Origin: Natronospirales bacterium
GTDB lineage: Bacteria; Pseudomonadota; Gammaproteobacteria; Natronospirales; REEB76
DNA: 59,449 nt
Assembly: GCA_018971605.1 (NCBI GenBank)
Contig: JAGXAL010000002.1
Location: 1-59,449, forward strand
Reading direction: 5' to 3'
The notes below the pieces were generated by a model, which made no database searches, was not told where the DNA came from, and saw only the letters and a program-made list of their open reading frames with translations. Both the position numbers and the translations under genes were made by a program. This document shows, in pieces, positions 44,312-53,842 of this stretch; position 1 is the first letter of the stretch; each line of letters opens with the position of its first letter.

Positions 44312-44950
44312 ATGATCAAGATATTAATCGCGGACGATCACCCGATCTTCCGGGAAGGCCTGAGCAAGCTGCTGCACGCCATGCAGGATGTAAGGGTGGT
44401 GGCGGAGGCGGCCAGCGGCAGGCAGGCGGTGGAACTGGCCGGCAGCCTGCGGCCCGACATGGTGGTGATGGACCTGGCCATGGGCGATATCAACGGCCTG
44501 GATGCCACTGCCAGGATTCATGACCGGCATCCCGGCATTCGCGTCATCGTGCTGTCCATGCACGCCAACGAAGAATACGTGCAGCAGGCGCTGGCGGCGG
44601 GCGCATCGGCCTACGTGTTGAAAGAGGCCACGCCTGATGAAATGCGCACGGCGATCGATACCGTGGCCGGCGGCGAGACTTTCCTGAGTGCAGCGATTGC
44701 CAAGGTCGGCACGCCAGCAGACGGCGGCGCCGGCAAGTCGGGGCAGGCCAAGCCGTTGACTCCGCGGCAGCGGCAGATCCTGCAGCTGATCGCGGAGGGC
44801 AAGAACGTCAAGGAAATCGCTTATCAGCTGGAACTGAGCGTCAAGACCGTGGAGAGCCATCGTGCCGAACTCATGGAGCGGCTCGGCATCCGCAATGCCG
44901 CGGCGCTGGTGCGCTATGCGGCACGCATGCTGCCGCTGTCGGGCAGGTAA
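44312..44950 (+). CDS. NarL/FixJ-family response regulator (REC + LuxR-type HTH)
   Basis: Contains ILIADDHPIFREGL, the phospho-acceptor context MVVMDLAM, and the C-terminal LTPRQRQILQLIAEGKNVKEIAYQLELSVKTVESH. Confidence 0.9.
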   Translation: MIKILIADDHPIFREGLSKLLHAMQDVRVVAEAASGRQAVELAGSLRPDMVVMDLAMGDINGLDATARIHDRHPGIRVIVLSMHANEEYVQQALAAGASAYVLKEATPDEMRTAIDTVAGGETFLSAAIAKVGTPADGGAGKSGQAKPLTPRQRQILQLIAEGKNVKEIAYQLELSVKTVESHRAELMERLGIRNAAALVRYAARMLPLSGR

Positions 44951-45056
44951 TTTCCTAGTATCCGAGCGCGTGCCGGCTGCTACGCTTTATATATAGTGTC
45001 GGCAGGGAGTTGAGGGGATTGATCGCCGGCGCGCTGCACATAAAGAAGCCCTGGAC

Positions 45057-47906
45057 ATGAAATTCAAGTGGCTGGCGAGTCTGCGTGCGCACCTGATAGC
45101 GCTGGTGGTGATTTGCACGCTGCCGGCCCTGGCGCTGGTGGTCTACACCGCGACGGACAATTACCGAATACAAACCCGATACGCTCACGAAGTCAGCTGG
45201 CTTGCCATCAACGGCGTGATCAGCCGCTACAACGACCTGGTGACTGCCGGCCGCAACCTGTTGCCGATGCTGGCCAGGTTGCCTGCGATTCACGACTCTG
45301 TGGATTCCTGCAATCAAGCCTTGGCGCAAATGCGCAGCCAAGTGCCGCTCTTCGAATACCTGGATGTGGTGTCGCTGGACGGGGATTTGCGCTGCAGTTC
45401 CCAGCCGTTCGCGCATCCGGTGAACATGGCTGATCGGGGCTGGTTCCGGCAGGTGCTGGCTACCCATCAATTTGCAGCCGAGGTGGTTTCCAAGGGCAAA
45501 ATGACGGCACACGCCCTGCTGATTCTTTCTGCGCCGGACTTCGATGCGCACGGCAATTTGATCGGCATGCTGAACGCGGTGATACCCGCGGCGTCGCTAC
45601 AGCCATCCTCCGACAACCTGTTGTTGGCCCACGACGTGGAATTGGTGGCCTTCAGCCGCAACGGCACGGTATTGATGCGCTATCCGCAGGCGGACGGCTT
45701 GCTCAATGGCGACCAGTCGCGCTCCGCACTGTTCCGGCTGCTCGTCACTACCTCCGGCCCCAGCAATCAGACCCTGGCCGGGATTGATGGCGTGCCGCGG
45801 CTTTATGCCTTGCAGCGTTTTACCACCGGCAAACCCGGCAATTTGGTGTATCTGGCGAGCGGGGTGGATCTGGCCTTCGTCCGGCAGGCGGTGTGGTGGC
45901 CGCTGCTGCGTGACTTGGCGCTGCTCGCCGCCATCGTGCTGTTCATCGTGGCCTGCATCTGGCTGTTCACCAACAGGCTCATCGGACGCAACGTGCGGCC
46001 GCTGCTCGGGACCTTGCAGCGGATCGGCAAAGGCGAGTTGCAGGCGCGCACCGGTCTCGCGGGCGGCAGCGGCGAGTTCGGCGAGATTGCGCGCGGCGTG
46101 GACCGCATGGCGGAGAACCTGCAGGCACGCATCACCGCGCAGCATGCCGCCGAGCAGGCCCGCGATCGCAGCGAACGGCGGCAGGCGGAGTTCATGCAGC
46201 AGGCCATGGACGGCATCATGATCCGGCGGTCTTCCGGGGAATTGCTCTTTGTGAACCCGGCATTTTGCCGGATGCTGGGTTATAGCGAAGCGGAATTGCT
46301 CGGCATGCAAGCCGGGCAACTGCTGGATGACTCCGACCCCGAGCCGGGGATGATCATGTTGCAATCAGGGGAAATGCGCTACTGCAATGGACGGCTGCGC
46401 CACAAGAGCGGCCGGGTGGTGGACGTGGAAGTCAGTGCGGTATGTCTGGTGAACGACGAGCTGCAGCTCATCATCCGTGACATCAGCGAGCGCCTGGAGG
46501 CCGAACGGCGTTTGGCGGGCAGCGAACGCCAGTACCGTGAATTGGTGGAACAAAGCGTGCTCGGCATTCTGGTGCTGCGCCCGCCGACGCAGATCAGCTT
46601 TGTCAACCAGGCTCTGTGCCGCATGAGCGGATACCCGCAGGACGCTATGCTGCAGTTATCGCTCACCGCTCTGGTCGTGCCGGAGGACATCGGCGTGGTG
46701 CAACGCCTGCAGCAAATCCGTGAGGGTGAAAACTTCGGGTTCCAGTGCCGGCTGCGCAAGCCCGAGGGTGATCCGCTGCTGGTGCAGATCAGCGCGCGGC
46801 GCCTCGGTAACAACAACATCCAGATGGTCATCAATGACATCAGCGCCCGCGCGGTGGCCGAGCAGCGTTTTGCCGAGGAGCGCAATTTTGCCTTGAACGC
46901 CCTCAACACGCTGCCCGGGATCTTTTTTGTGGCCAACGCGCAAGGACAGTTGCTGCGCTGGAACCGGCGGCTGGAGGATGTCAGCGGTTACAGCATGGAG
47001 GAATTGCGGCAGTGCAATTACTTTGACTTGGCACCGCCCGAGCTGCGCGGCAAGTTTGCGTCGGCCTTCACGCGGGTCTTGAGCGGTATGCGCACCGAAG
47101 GCGAAGCCGAGGTCTTCTGCAAGGGCGGCGCCCGCGTCCCCTATTATTTCGTGAGCGACCGGCTCGAGTCGCAGGGCCAAGCCTGCGTCGTGGGCGTGGG
47201 GGTGGACATCTCCGAACGCAAGCAAGCCGAGCAGCGCATGAACAAGTATCTGGAGGAGCTGCAGCAGTTGTCGGCGCGCCTGCTGGCGGTCCAGGAAGAG
47301 GAGCGCCGCGGCATTGCCCGCGAGTTGCACGATGAATTCGGCCAGGGCCTGACCGCTGCGCTCATGAACCTCAAGGAATTGGCCGCGGCCTCCGGCTCCG
47401 CAGCCGTGGCGGGGCCGCTGCGTCAGGTGAGCGCCATTCTTACCCAGCTCACACAGCAAGTACGCACGCTGTCGCTGAATCTGCGGCCGTCGGTGCTGGA
47501 CGATCTGGGACTGCTGGCGGCGGTGCGCTGGTATCTGCGCGAGCGCATCGAGCCCGCGGGCCTGCGGGTCAGGCTGGATGCCGACGAGAAACTGCCGCGT
47601 CTGGACAGCGTGATTGAAACCACCTGTTTCCGGGTGTTGCAGGGCGCCCTCACCAATGTGCTGCGCCACGCGCAGGCCCGGGAGGTACATGTCGGCCTGC
47701 ATCGGGTCGATGGCGAGCTGCGGCTCAGCGTGCGCGATGACGGCCGCGGCTTCGACGTGCAACGTGCGCGCCGCGATGCGGTGGGTGGCAAGAGCCTGGG
47801 GCTGCTGGGCATGGAAGAACGCGTGCGCCTGGCCGGGGGCAGTTATGCGATCAGCTCAAAACCCGGGGAGGGCTCCGAGTTGCGGGTCGCGCTGCCGGCG
47901 GCTTGA
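45057..47906 (+). CDS. multi-PAS sensor histidine kinase (periplasmic sensor domain, HAMP, three PAS, HisKA_3 + HATPase_c)
   Basis: Two TM segments flank a ~260-aa extracytoplasmic region. Has a HAMP domain, repeated PAS cores, the H-box HDEFGQGLTA, and N/G boxes (LTNVLRHA; DDGRGF; GLLGMEER). Confidence 0.9.
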   Translation: MKFKWLASLRAHLIALVVICTLPALALVVYTATDNYRIQTRYAHEVSWLAINGVISRYNDLVTAGRNLLPMLARLPAIHDSVDSCNQALAQMRSQVPLFEYLDVVSLDGDLRCSSQPFAHPVNMADRGWFRQVLATHQFAAEVVSKGKMTAHALLILSAPDFDAHGNLIGMLNAVIPAASLQPSSDNLLLAHDVELVAFSRNGTVLMRYPQADGLLNGDQSRSALFRLLVTTSGPSNQTLAGIDGVPRLYALQRFTTGKPGNLVYLASGVDLAFVRQAVWWPLLRDLALLAAIVLFIVACIWLFTNRLIGRNVRPLLGTLQRIGKGELQARTGLAGGSGEFGEIARGVDRMAENLQARITAQHAAEQARDRSERRQAEFMQQAMDGIMIRRSSGELLFVNPAFCRMLGYSEAELLGMQAGQLLDDSDPEPGMIMLQSGEMRYCNGRLRHKSGRVVDVEVSAVCLVNDELQLIIRDISERLEAERRLAGSERQYRELVEQSVLGILVLRPPTQISFVNQALCRMSGYPQDAMLQLSLTALVVPEDIGVVQRLQQIREGENFGFQCRLRKPEGDPLLVQISARRLGNNNIQMVINDISARAVAEQRFAEERNFALNALNTLPGIFFVANAQGQLLRWNRRLEDVSGYSMEELRQCNYFDLAPPELRGKFASAFTRVLSGMRTEGEAEVFCKGGARVPYYFVSDRLESQGQACVVGVGVDISERKQAEQRMNKYLEELQQLSARLLAVQEEERRGIARELHDEFGQGLTAALMNLKELAAASGSAAVAGPLRQVSAILTQLTQQVRTLSLNLRPSVLDDLGLLAAVRWYLRERIEPAGLRVRLDADEKLPRLDSVIETTCFRVLQGALTNVLRHAQAREVHVGLHRVDGELRLSVRDDGRGFDVQRARRDAVGGKSLGLLGMEERVRLAGGSYAISSKPGEGSELRVALPAA

Positions 47907-48051
47907 GGCCGGTGCAAGTGACTGGTGGTTAAGGAATTTTCCGGTATCCCGCGGCGCTTTTTTAAGGGTTTTTCCGATGGTTGGACGGTGTTGGCTGGCA
48001 CAGACTTTGTGCCATGAATAGCGCATTCAATGACTGTGTGAGCGATTGGGG

Positions 48052-48516
48052 ATGAGCGTGCACGATGCAGCCGCCGGGCGCGAGGCCGGCATGCGGGTAA
48101 TCCTGGTCGATGACAGCGCCCTGTTCCTGGAGACGCTGGCGGCGCAGTTGACACGCAATCCGGCGGTCCGGATCGTGGGGCGGGCGACCGGCGGCGCCGA
48201 GGGTCTGAAGCTCGCACGGGAGCTCGAGCCGGACGTGGCCATCGTGGATTTGGCCATGCCCGACATGAATGGCCTGGAACTGGCGCAGGGCCTCAAGCGG
48301 CTGGCGTCGCCGCCGCGCGTGGTGATGCTGTCCATGTACGACGAACCCGAATATCGCGAAGGCGCCCAGCTCATGGGCGTGGACGCCTATATAAGCAAAA
48401 ACAACGTGCATGCCGAGCTGCTACCCCTATTGCAGCTCTTGCAAGCGCAAATTCTGCCGCAGGCCGCGCCGGGCTCCGCGACGCAAGCCGTGCAACCGTC
48501 CGACTATCACCATTAG
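48052..48516 (+). CDS. stand-alone receiver (REC) domain protein
   Basis: Contains RVILVDDSALF, VAIVDLAMPDMNG and DAYISK. No output domain. The start is uncertain (ATG 48052 or ATG 48091). Confidence 0.75.
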   Translation: MSVHDAAAGREAGMRVILVDDSALFLETLAAQLTRNPAVRIVGRATGGAEGLKLARELEPDVAIVDLAMPDMNGLELAQGLKRLASPPRVVMLSMYDEPEYREGAQLMGVDAYISKNNVHAELLPLLQLLQAQILPQAAPGSATQAVQPSDYHH

Positions 48517-48531
48517 ACACGAGTGCCCGGC

Positions 48532-49809
48532 ATGTTGACCGCAGAGACTGCCCCCGCCGAATTCAATGAGAAACAGGAAGTCGCGCGCTTGCTGACCAGC
48601 CCGCCGCGCTGGCTGCCATTCCCGGCGCAGACCGAGGCCGTGTTCCTCAAGTCCTACGCCCATCACAACCGGTTGCGCATGCGCTTTACGCTGGCGCTTG
48701 CCTTGCTGCTGTTCGTGGCGGCGGGGTTGCTTGCCTGGCGGCTGGATCCGACCGGGCGCAGCGCGTTGTGGCAAATGCGTTTCGCGGCCACGGCGATATT
48801 CATTGCCGCGGCGCTGGCGGTGATCCTGCGCAGCAAGCGCGACAGCCTGATCCAAATACTGTATACGGGTGCGGCGCTGGCCGCCGGCACCGGCATGGCG
48901 GCGTTTTTGGCGACGCCGTTTCCAATCTATGGTTATGCCGTCGGTGCCGGCGCAGTGCTGCTGTACATTTATGTGATTTCCGGTTTGCGTAGCGGTTACG
49001 CGCTGGTCTGCGCGCTGGCCCTCACCGGCGTTTTTGCTGCCGGCGCCCTCGCGTTCATGCCCGTTGGGCATCCGGCATTCGGCATGCTCGGGGCGCAACT
49101 GCTGGTCGCCAATCTCGCCGGCGCCTACGCCGCTTGGCGCCTGGAGCAGGCCGCACGGCGCAGTTTCCTGCATGGGCGCATGGTGCGGCTGCTGAGCGAG
49201 GAAATGGTGGAGCTGGCGGGCGTGGACGAATTGACAGGACTCGCTAATCGCCGCCGCCTCGATGATTACCTCACGAATACCTGGGCGCGCGCGCAGCGCG
49301 ACAAGGTGGAACTCAGCCTGTTGTTGCTGGACGTGGATTATCTGCAGATGTTGAACGACCATCTGGGCCGGCCGGTGGGCGACATCTGCCTGCGCAAGAT
49401 CGGCACCGTGCTGCAGCATTACCGCCAGCGGCCGGGAGACCTCGCGGCGCGTTACGCCGGCGGGAAATTCCTGGTGGCGCTGTACGGCTGCAATCAGCGT
49501 CACGCCCGCAACATCGCCGAGCGTCTGCGTCACGACATCGATGGCCTGAACCTCATGAATCCCGCTTCGCCCATCGGCTGGACGGTGACCGTGAGCCTGG
49601 GCGTGCACAGCCTGGTGCCGGACCGCCGCGAGAGCGCGGCGGGCGCGCTGGCGGCGGCCGAAACGCTGCTGCAGATCGCGAAAAGGACCGGCCACAATCG
49701 CGTCGTGGGCGATGCCGACAGCCTGCCCGAGCCACATCCGGCCGCTGCCCGGGAAGGCCCGCAGCCGGACCGCACTTTGATCCTGCCGCGCTCCAGCGTG
49801 GCCAGTTAG
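48532..49809 (+). CDS. membrane-anchored GGDEF-domain protein with degenerate active site (AGGKF)
   Basis: About six N-terminal TM helices. The GGDEF fold has LTGLANRRRLDDYL and LLLLDVDYLQMLNDHLGRPVGD, but RYAGGKFLVAL replaces RYGGDEF. Confidence 0.8.
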   Translation: MLTAETAPAEFNEKQEVARLLTSPPRWLPFPAQTEAVFLKSYAHHNRLRMRFTLALALLLFVAAGLLAWRLDPTGRSALWQMRFAATAIFIAAALAVILRSKRDSLIQILYTGAALAAGTGMAAFLATPFPIYGYAVGAGAVLLYIYVISGLRSGYALVCALALTGVFAAGALAFMPVGHPAFGMLGAQLLVANLAGAYAAWRLEQAARRSFLHGRMVRLLSEEMVELAGVDELTGLANRRRLDDYLTNTWARAQRDKVELSLLLLDVDYLQMLNDHLGRPVGDICLRKIGTVLQHYRQRPGDLAARYAGGKFLVALYGCNQRHARNIAERLRHDIDGLNLMNPASPIGWTVTVSLGVHSLVPDRRESAAGALAAAETLLQIAKRTGHNRVVGDADSLPEPHPAAAREGPQPDRTLILPRSSVAS

Positions 49810-49838
49810 CCGCACCTGCGGCCCGCGTCGGGCGCGGT

Positions 49839-51047
49839 TCAATCACAGCGCAGGCAAGCGAAGTCCCTGCGTAGCTCCACGTCTTCTTGGTAGTCCACGT
49901 CGCTGCGGGCAAAACCGAACAGCTGCAGGAATTCGCGCTGGTAATGCGCGTAATCCGTAAGCTCACGCAGGTTTTGCGTGGTGAGCTGCGGCCAGAGTTC
50001 CAGGCAGGCCTGCTGCACGTCCGCACGTAACTCCCGGTCATCCAGCCGCCAGCGGTCGTGCGCGTCCGCGGGCGGCGCCTGCCCGTCCGCGCGATACAGG
50101 AAATCGCGGAACAGGCGCTGCTGCTGCGCGAGACAGTCCTCATCCAGTTTGCGAGTGCGCAGGATGCGCTGCATCACCGACAGGTACAGCGGCATCGCCG
50201 GGATCGCGGCACTCGCCTGGGTCACTGCCGATTTCATGATGGCCACGTGTGCGCGCAGCCCGCGCGCGGCATGCTGCGCGCGCAACTCGCGCGCGGTGGC
50301 TTCGAGATGTTGTTTGGCGCGGCCGATGGTGCCGTGCCAGTAAATCGGCCAGGTGATTTCCGGCCCGATGTAACTGTAGGCCACGGTGGTGGCGTTCTCG
50401 GCGAGCACGCCACTGTCAGCGAGTGTGCTCAGCCATGACGCCCAATTCTCACCGCCCATGACCGCAAGCGTGTCGCGGATTTCCGTGTCGCTGGCTGGCG
50501 GGACTGTCAGCTCGGTCACCGCGTCGCGGTCGGTGTCTATGGTCTTGGCGATGAACGTCGCGTCGATGGGCTTAAGCGCGGTGCGCGCCGTGCTGCCGTC
50601 GGGCAACCGGCGCAGCGGCGCCGCCAGCGAATAAATCACCAGATCCACCTGGCTGCCGAGTTGCCGTTGGATGGCGTCAATCGCGCAGGCGCGCGTGGCT
50701 GCCGCGAAGGCGTCGGCGTTGATGGACACGCACGCCAAACCCGCGTGCGCCGCGTATTGGTGCACGGCCGCCGAGTTGTACCAGCCGGCACTGGCGGTGC
50801 GGGTTGCGCTCGCGGGTTTTTCCAGGAACACGCCCAAAGTCGCAGCGCCGTAGCCGAAGGCGGCGGTGATGCGTGCCGCCAGTCCATAGCCGGTGGAGGC
50901 GCCGATCACCAATACGTTCCGGGGCCCGCCGCCGCCGGTCGCCACGCGCTGGCGTGCACGCTCGATCTGATCGCGCACGTTGCGTTCGCAGCCCAGCGGA
51001 TGCGCCGTGGTGCAGATGAAGCCCCAGATTTTTGGCTGAATAATCAT
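49839..51047 (-). CDS. fabV: trans-2-enoyl-CoA/ACP reductase
   Basis: 402 aa. Contains MIIQPKIWGFICTTAHPLGC, VLVIGASTGYGLA and YSYIGPE...YWHGTIGRAKQHLE, all characteristic of FabV/TER. Confidence 0.85.
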   Translation of the reverse strand: MIIQPKIWGFICTTAHPLGCERNVRDQIERARQRVATGGGGPRNVLVIGASTGYGLAARITAAFGYGAATLGVFLEKPASATRTASAGWYNSAAVHQYAAHAGLACVSINADAFAAATRACAIDAIQRQLGSQVDLVIYSLAAPLRRLPDGSTARTALKPIDATFIAKTIDTDRDAVTELTVPPASDTEIRDTLAVMGGENWASWLSTLADSGVLAENATTVAYSYIGPEITWPIYWHGTIGRAKQHLEATARELRAQHAARGLRAHVAIMKSAVTQASAAIPAMPLYLSVMQRILRTRKLDEDCLAQQQRLFRDFLYRADGQAPPADAHDRWRLDDRELRADVQQACLELWPQLTTQNLRELTDYAHYQREFLQLFGFARSDVDYQEDVELRRDFACLRCD

Positions 51048-51113
51048 CTCCGGGGTTCTGGTGCGCGTTGTAGTTATTCCATATTAATCGCCGGGCTCCC
51101 TGTGACTCGGGAG

Positions 51114-51539
51114 CTATTGCGGTTCACACCCCGATTTTTCGTCACATAAGGATTGCAGTGCGGTGTTGATGGAGTCTCTCAGATCGGCCGTCCAACGGTT
51201 GTAGCGTGGATTGATGGTGCCGGTACCTGGATTGAAGTCCATGTCTTGGCTGCTTTTGTAGTGGATGCTGTAGCTGTGCGCATCGAAAAATATATCCACG
51301 ACTACTTTACGTGGCGTTTCTATATGAGTTGCGACGATGTGCCCTGGCGCCACGGTGACGGTGGACCAAGCCTGCATGTAGCTGCCGTTATAAATTCCAC
51401 GTTCAATTTGTTTCACGTTCAACGATTGATTCTGGAATCCGAGGGCCGGTACATTGTCGTAATTCTGAAGGGGTATGGGTATGCAAGCTGTCAATGACAG
51501 AACCAACAACAAACAGGAAATCAGCATCGCGGTTTTCAT
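51114..51539 (-). CDS. hypothetical lipoprotein in a low-GC islet
   Basis: Signal peptide with lipobox LTAC. Its AT-rich codon usage is unlike the neighbouring genes. Start taken at MKTAML (ATG 51539). Confidence 0.55.
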   Translation of the reverse strand: MKTAMLISCLLLVLSLTACIPIPLQNYDNVPALGFQNQSLNVKQIERGIYNGSYMQAWSTVTVAPGHIVATHIETPRKVVVDIFFDAHSYSIHYKSSQDMDFNPGTGTINPRYNRWTADLRDSINTALQSLCDEKSGCEPQ

Positions 51540-51796
51540 GATGTTTGCCCCTGGTGGGAAGACCTGCGTTCGTGATCCACGACCGGCCTCCGGGTTATTG
51601 TTCCCCGGCAGTGCGCTGCGGGGTCGATAAGTAGCTGCTCGATTGCCGTAGTGCAGGCATTGTAACTTGTGCATCAGGGAAATGGCTTACAATCCATGTC
51701 AACAACGCCGCACAAATTCGCGTTGATCCGAGGGAGAGCATAGCTTGCATTTGCGAAACTCGTCCAGCGCTGTTTTGATGGCGCCGCAGTCCGCGC

Positions 51797-52501
51797 ATGT
51801 CTGAACCGGATCACGGCGAGCACTGGTTGCGGCGGGCGGCGTTACGCATCCAATGGCATTGGCTGCTCAAGGCGGTGGGCACCACGGCCGGTATCGCCGG
51901 GTTCATGTGCATTTATTTCCTGCTGCTCCGGCATCCGCTGTTTCCGGTCACGGTAATGCCGCTCACCGGCCTGGACTGGCTCGTGGGTTTTAAACCCTGG
52001 GCCATCGTGCCCTACGCCAGCTTGTGGCTGTACGTCTCGCTGGTGCCGATGCTGCTCGGCACGCGGCGTGAACTGCTGCCGTATGTGAGTGCGGTCACGG
52101 TTCTGAGTCTCGTGGGCTTCGCGATTTTCCTGTTCTGGCCGACAGCGGTGCCGCAGCCGGATATCGACTGGGCGCGCTACCCGTCGGTGGCCTTTCTGAA
52201 ATCGGCGGATGCTTCGGGCAACGCCTGTCCGTCGCTGCACGTCGCCTTTTCGGTGCTGAGCGGCCTGTGGCTGGAACGCGTGCTGCGCAAAATACGCGCG
52301 CCGGCCTGGCTGCGCGTGCTGAATGTCGGCTGGTGCGCGGTGATCGTGTATTCCACGCTGGCGACCAAACAGCATGTGGCGCTGGACATGGCAGCCGGCG
52401 CGGCCCTGGGCTGGGCCGTGGATGCCTTGCATTTCCATGTGTTCCCGGGGCTGGACCTGCGCTACGACGCCGCGGGAATCAGTCGGGCGCTCGACAAGTA
52501 G
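51797..52501 (+). CDS. PAP2-superfamily (PAP2_3-like) membrane phosphatase/transferase
   Basis: Multi-TM protein with the motifs ...CPSLHVAFS... and ...TKQHVALD..., which are PAP2 signatures. Confidence 0.65.
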   Translation: MSEPDHGEHWLRRAALRIQWHWLLKAVGTTAGIAGFMCIYFLLLRHPLFPVTVMPLTGLDWLVGFKPWAIVPYASLWLYVSLVPMLLGTRRELLPYVSAVTVLSLVGFAIFLFWPTAVPQPDIDWARYPSVAFLKSADASGNACPSLHVAFSVLSGLWLERVLRKIRAPAWLRVLNVGWCAVIVYSTLATKQHVALDMAAGAALGWAVDALHFHVFPGLDLRYDAAGISRALDK

Positions 52502-52511
52502 TACGACAGCG

Positions 52512-53753
52512 ATGCAATCCTCAATGCGGCGCGTGGTGGTGACCGGCATGGGCGGACTGACCGCCTTGGGCCATGACTGGCCGAGCATCCGCGCGCGACT
52601 CCAGGCGCGGCGCTCGGGGGTGGCCTATCTCACGGAACTCGACCGCTATCAGAGCTTGAGTACGCGCCTCGGGGCGCGCGTTGAGAAATTCGAGGTGCCC
52701 GCGCATTACACCCGCAAGCTCACCCGCAGCATGGGGCCGGTGGCGCTGATGTCGGTCATTTCCGCGGAGCGCGCCTTGCAGGACGCCGGCTTGCTCGGGG
52801 ACGCAATCCTCAAATCCGGCCGCACCGGAATCGCGCACGGCGCTTCCGCGGGCAGCGCGCAAGCCGTGGTGGCGTTTGGCAGCCTGGATGTTTTCTACAA
52901 GGTGCGCGGCGTCACGTCCAATACCTACGTGCAGATGATGAGCCATACCGGTGCGGTCAACATCGGCATGCTCTTCGGCATCACCGGCCGCGTCATCCCG
53001 TGCAGCAGCGCCTGCACCTCGGGCAGTCAGGCCATCGGCTTTGCCTATGAAACCATCAAGCACGGGCAGCAGACCGTGATGATCGCGGGTGGCGGCGAGG
53101 AATTCAGCATCGGGCCGGTGGCCATGTTCGACACCATGTACGGCGCCAGCACCCGCAACGATGCGCCGCACACCACGCCGCGGCCCTTCGACCGCGACCG
53201 TGACGGTTTGGTGCTGGGCGAGGGTGCGGTCACGCTGATTCTGGAAGAACTGGAATACGCGCGGGCGCGGGGCGCACGCATTTATGCCGAAGTGGCTGGC
53301 TTCGGCACCAGTTCGGACGGCGCGCACCTGACCCAGCCGCGCACCGACACCATGGTGCAGGCGATGCGCCTGGCGCTGGAGGATGCCGGCGTGGCGGCGG
53401 CTGAAATCGGCTACGTGAGTGCCCACGGCACGGCTACCGGGCCCGGCGACCTGGCCGAATCACTCGCGACGCGTGAAGTATTCGGGCGCGCGGTGCCGAT
53501 CAGTTCGCTGAAGAGCTATTTCGGGCATACGCTTGGCGCCTGCGGCGCGCTCGAGTCCTGGTTGCCCATCGAGATGATGCGCGAGGGCTGGTTCGCGCCC
53601 ACGCTGAATCTCGACAATCCGGACCCGCGCTGCGCCGAGCTTGACTACCTCAGCGGCGACGGCCGCCGGATTGATACCGCCCTGATCATGAACAACAACT
53701 TCGCATTTGGCGGCATCAATACCAGCCTGATATTCAGGCGCTGGCCGGCCTGA
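52512..53753 (+). CDS. beta-ketoacyl-ACP synthase (FabF/KAS II-like)
   Basis: Active-site Cys context SSACTSGSQAIG. His contexts SAHGTATGPGD and KSYFGHTLGACG. C-terminal NNFAFGGINTSLIF. Confidence 0.85.
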   Translation: MQSSMRRVVVTGMGGLTALGHDWPSIRARLQARRSGVAYLTELDRYQSLSTRLGARVEKFEVPAHYTRKLTRSMGPVALMSVISAERALQDAGLLGDAILKSGRTGIAHGASAGSAQAVVAFGSLDVFYKVRGVTSNTYVQMMSHTGAVNIGMLFGITGRVIPCSSACTSGSQAIGFAYETIKHGQQTVMIAGGGEEFSIGPVAMFDTMYGASTRNDAPHTTPRPFDRDRDGLVLGEGAVTLILEELEYARARGARIYAEVAGFGTSSDGAHLTQPRTDTMVQAMRLALEDAGVAAAEIGYVSAHGTATGPGDLAESLATREVFGRAVPISSLKSYFGHTLGACGALESWLPIEMMREGWFAPTLNLDNPDPRCAELDYLSGDGRRIDTALIMNNNFAFGGINTSLIFRRWPA

Positions 53754-53842
53754 GCGCTTGCCGAAACGCCCGGAGGGTGTGCGATGATATCGGCCAAAGT
53801 ACACGCGGCTGTGCCGGGGACAATTTCCATAAGTAATCTTCT

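Noticed and set aside
47997-48013. Hairpin GGCACA-gactt-TGTGCC upstream of the stand-alone REC gene, considered as a terminator or regulatory element
   Set aside because: It is a short 6-7 bp stem with no adjacent U-run and nothing else to support a function. Such hairpins are expected by chance in 59 kb.
51688-51702. TTACAATCCATGTCAA upstream of the PAP2 gene, considered as a Crp/Fnr box
   Set aside because: Only the right half (GTCAA) and the spacer resemble the 26808 site. The left half (ACAAT) does not match TTGAT/TTGAC, and no well-spaced -10 hexamer was evident.
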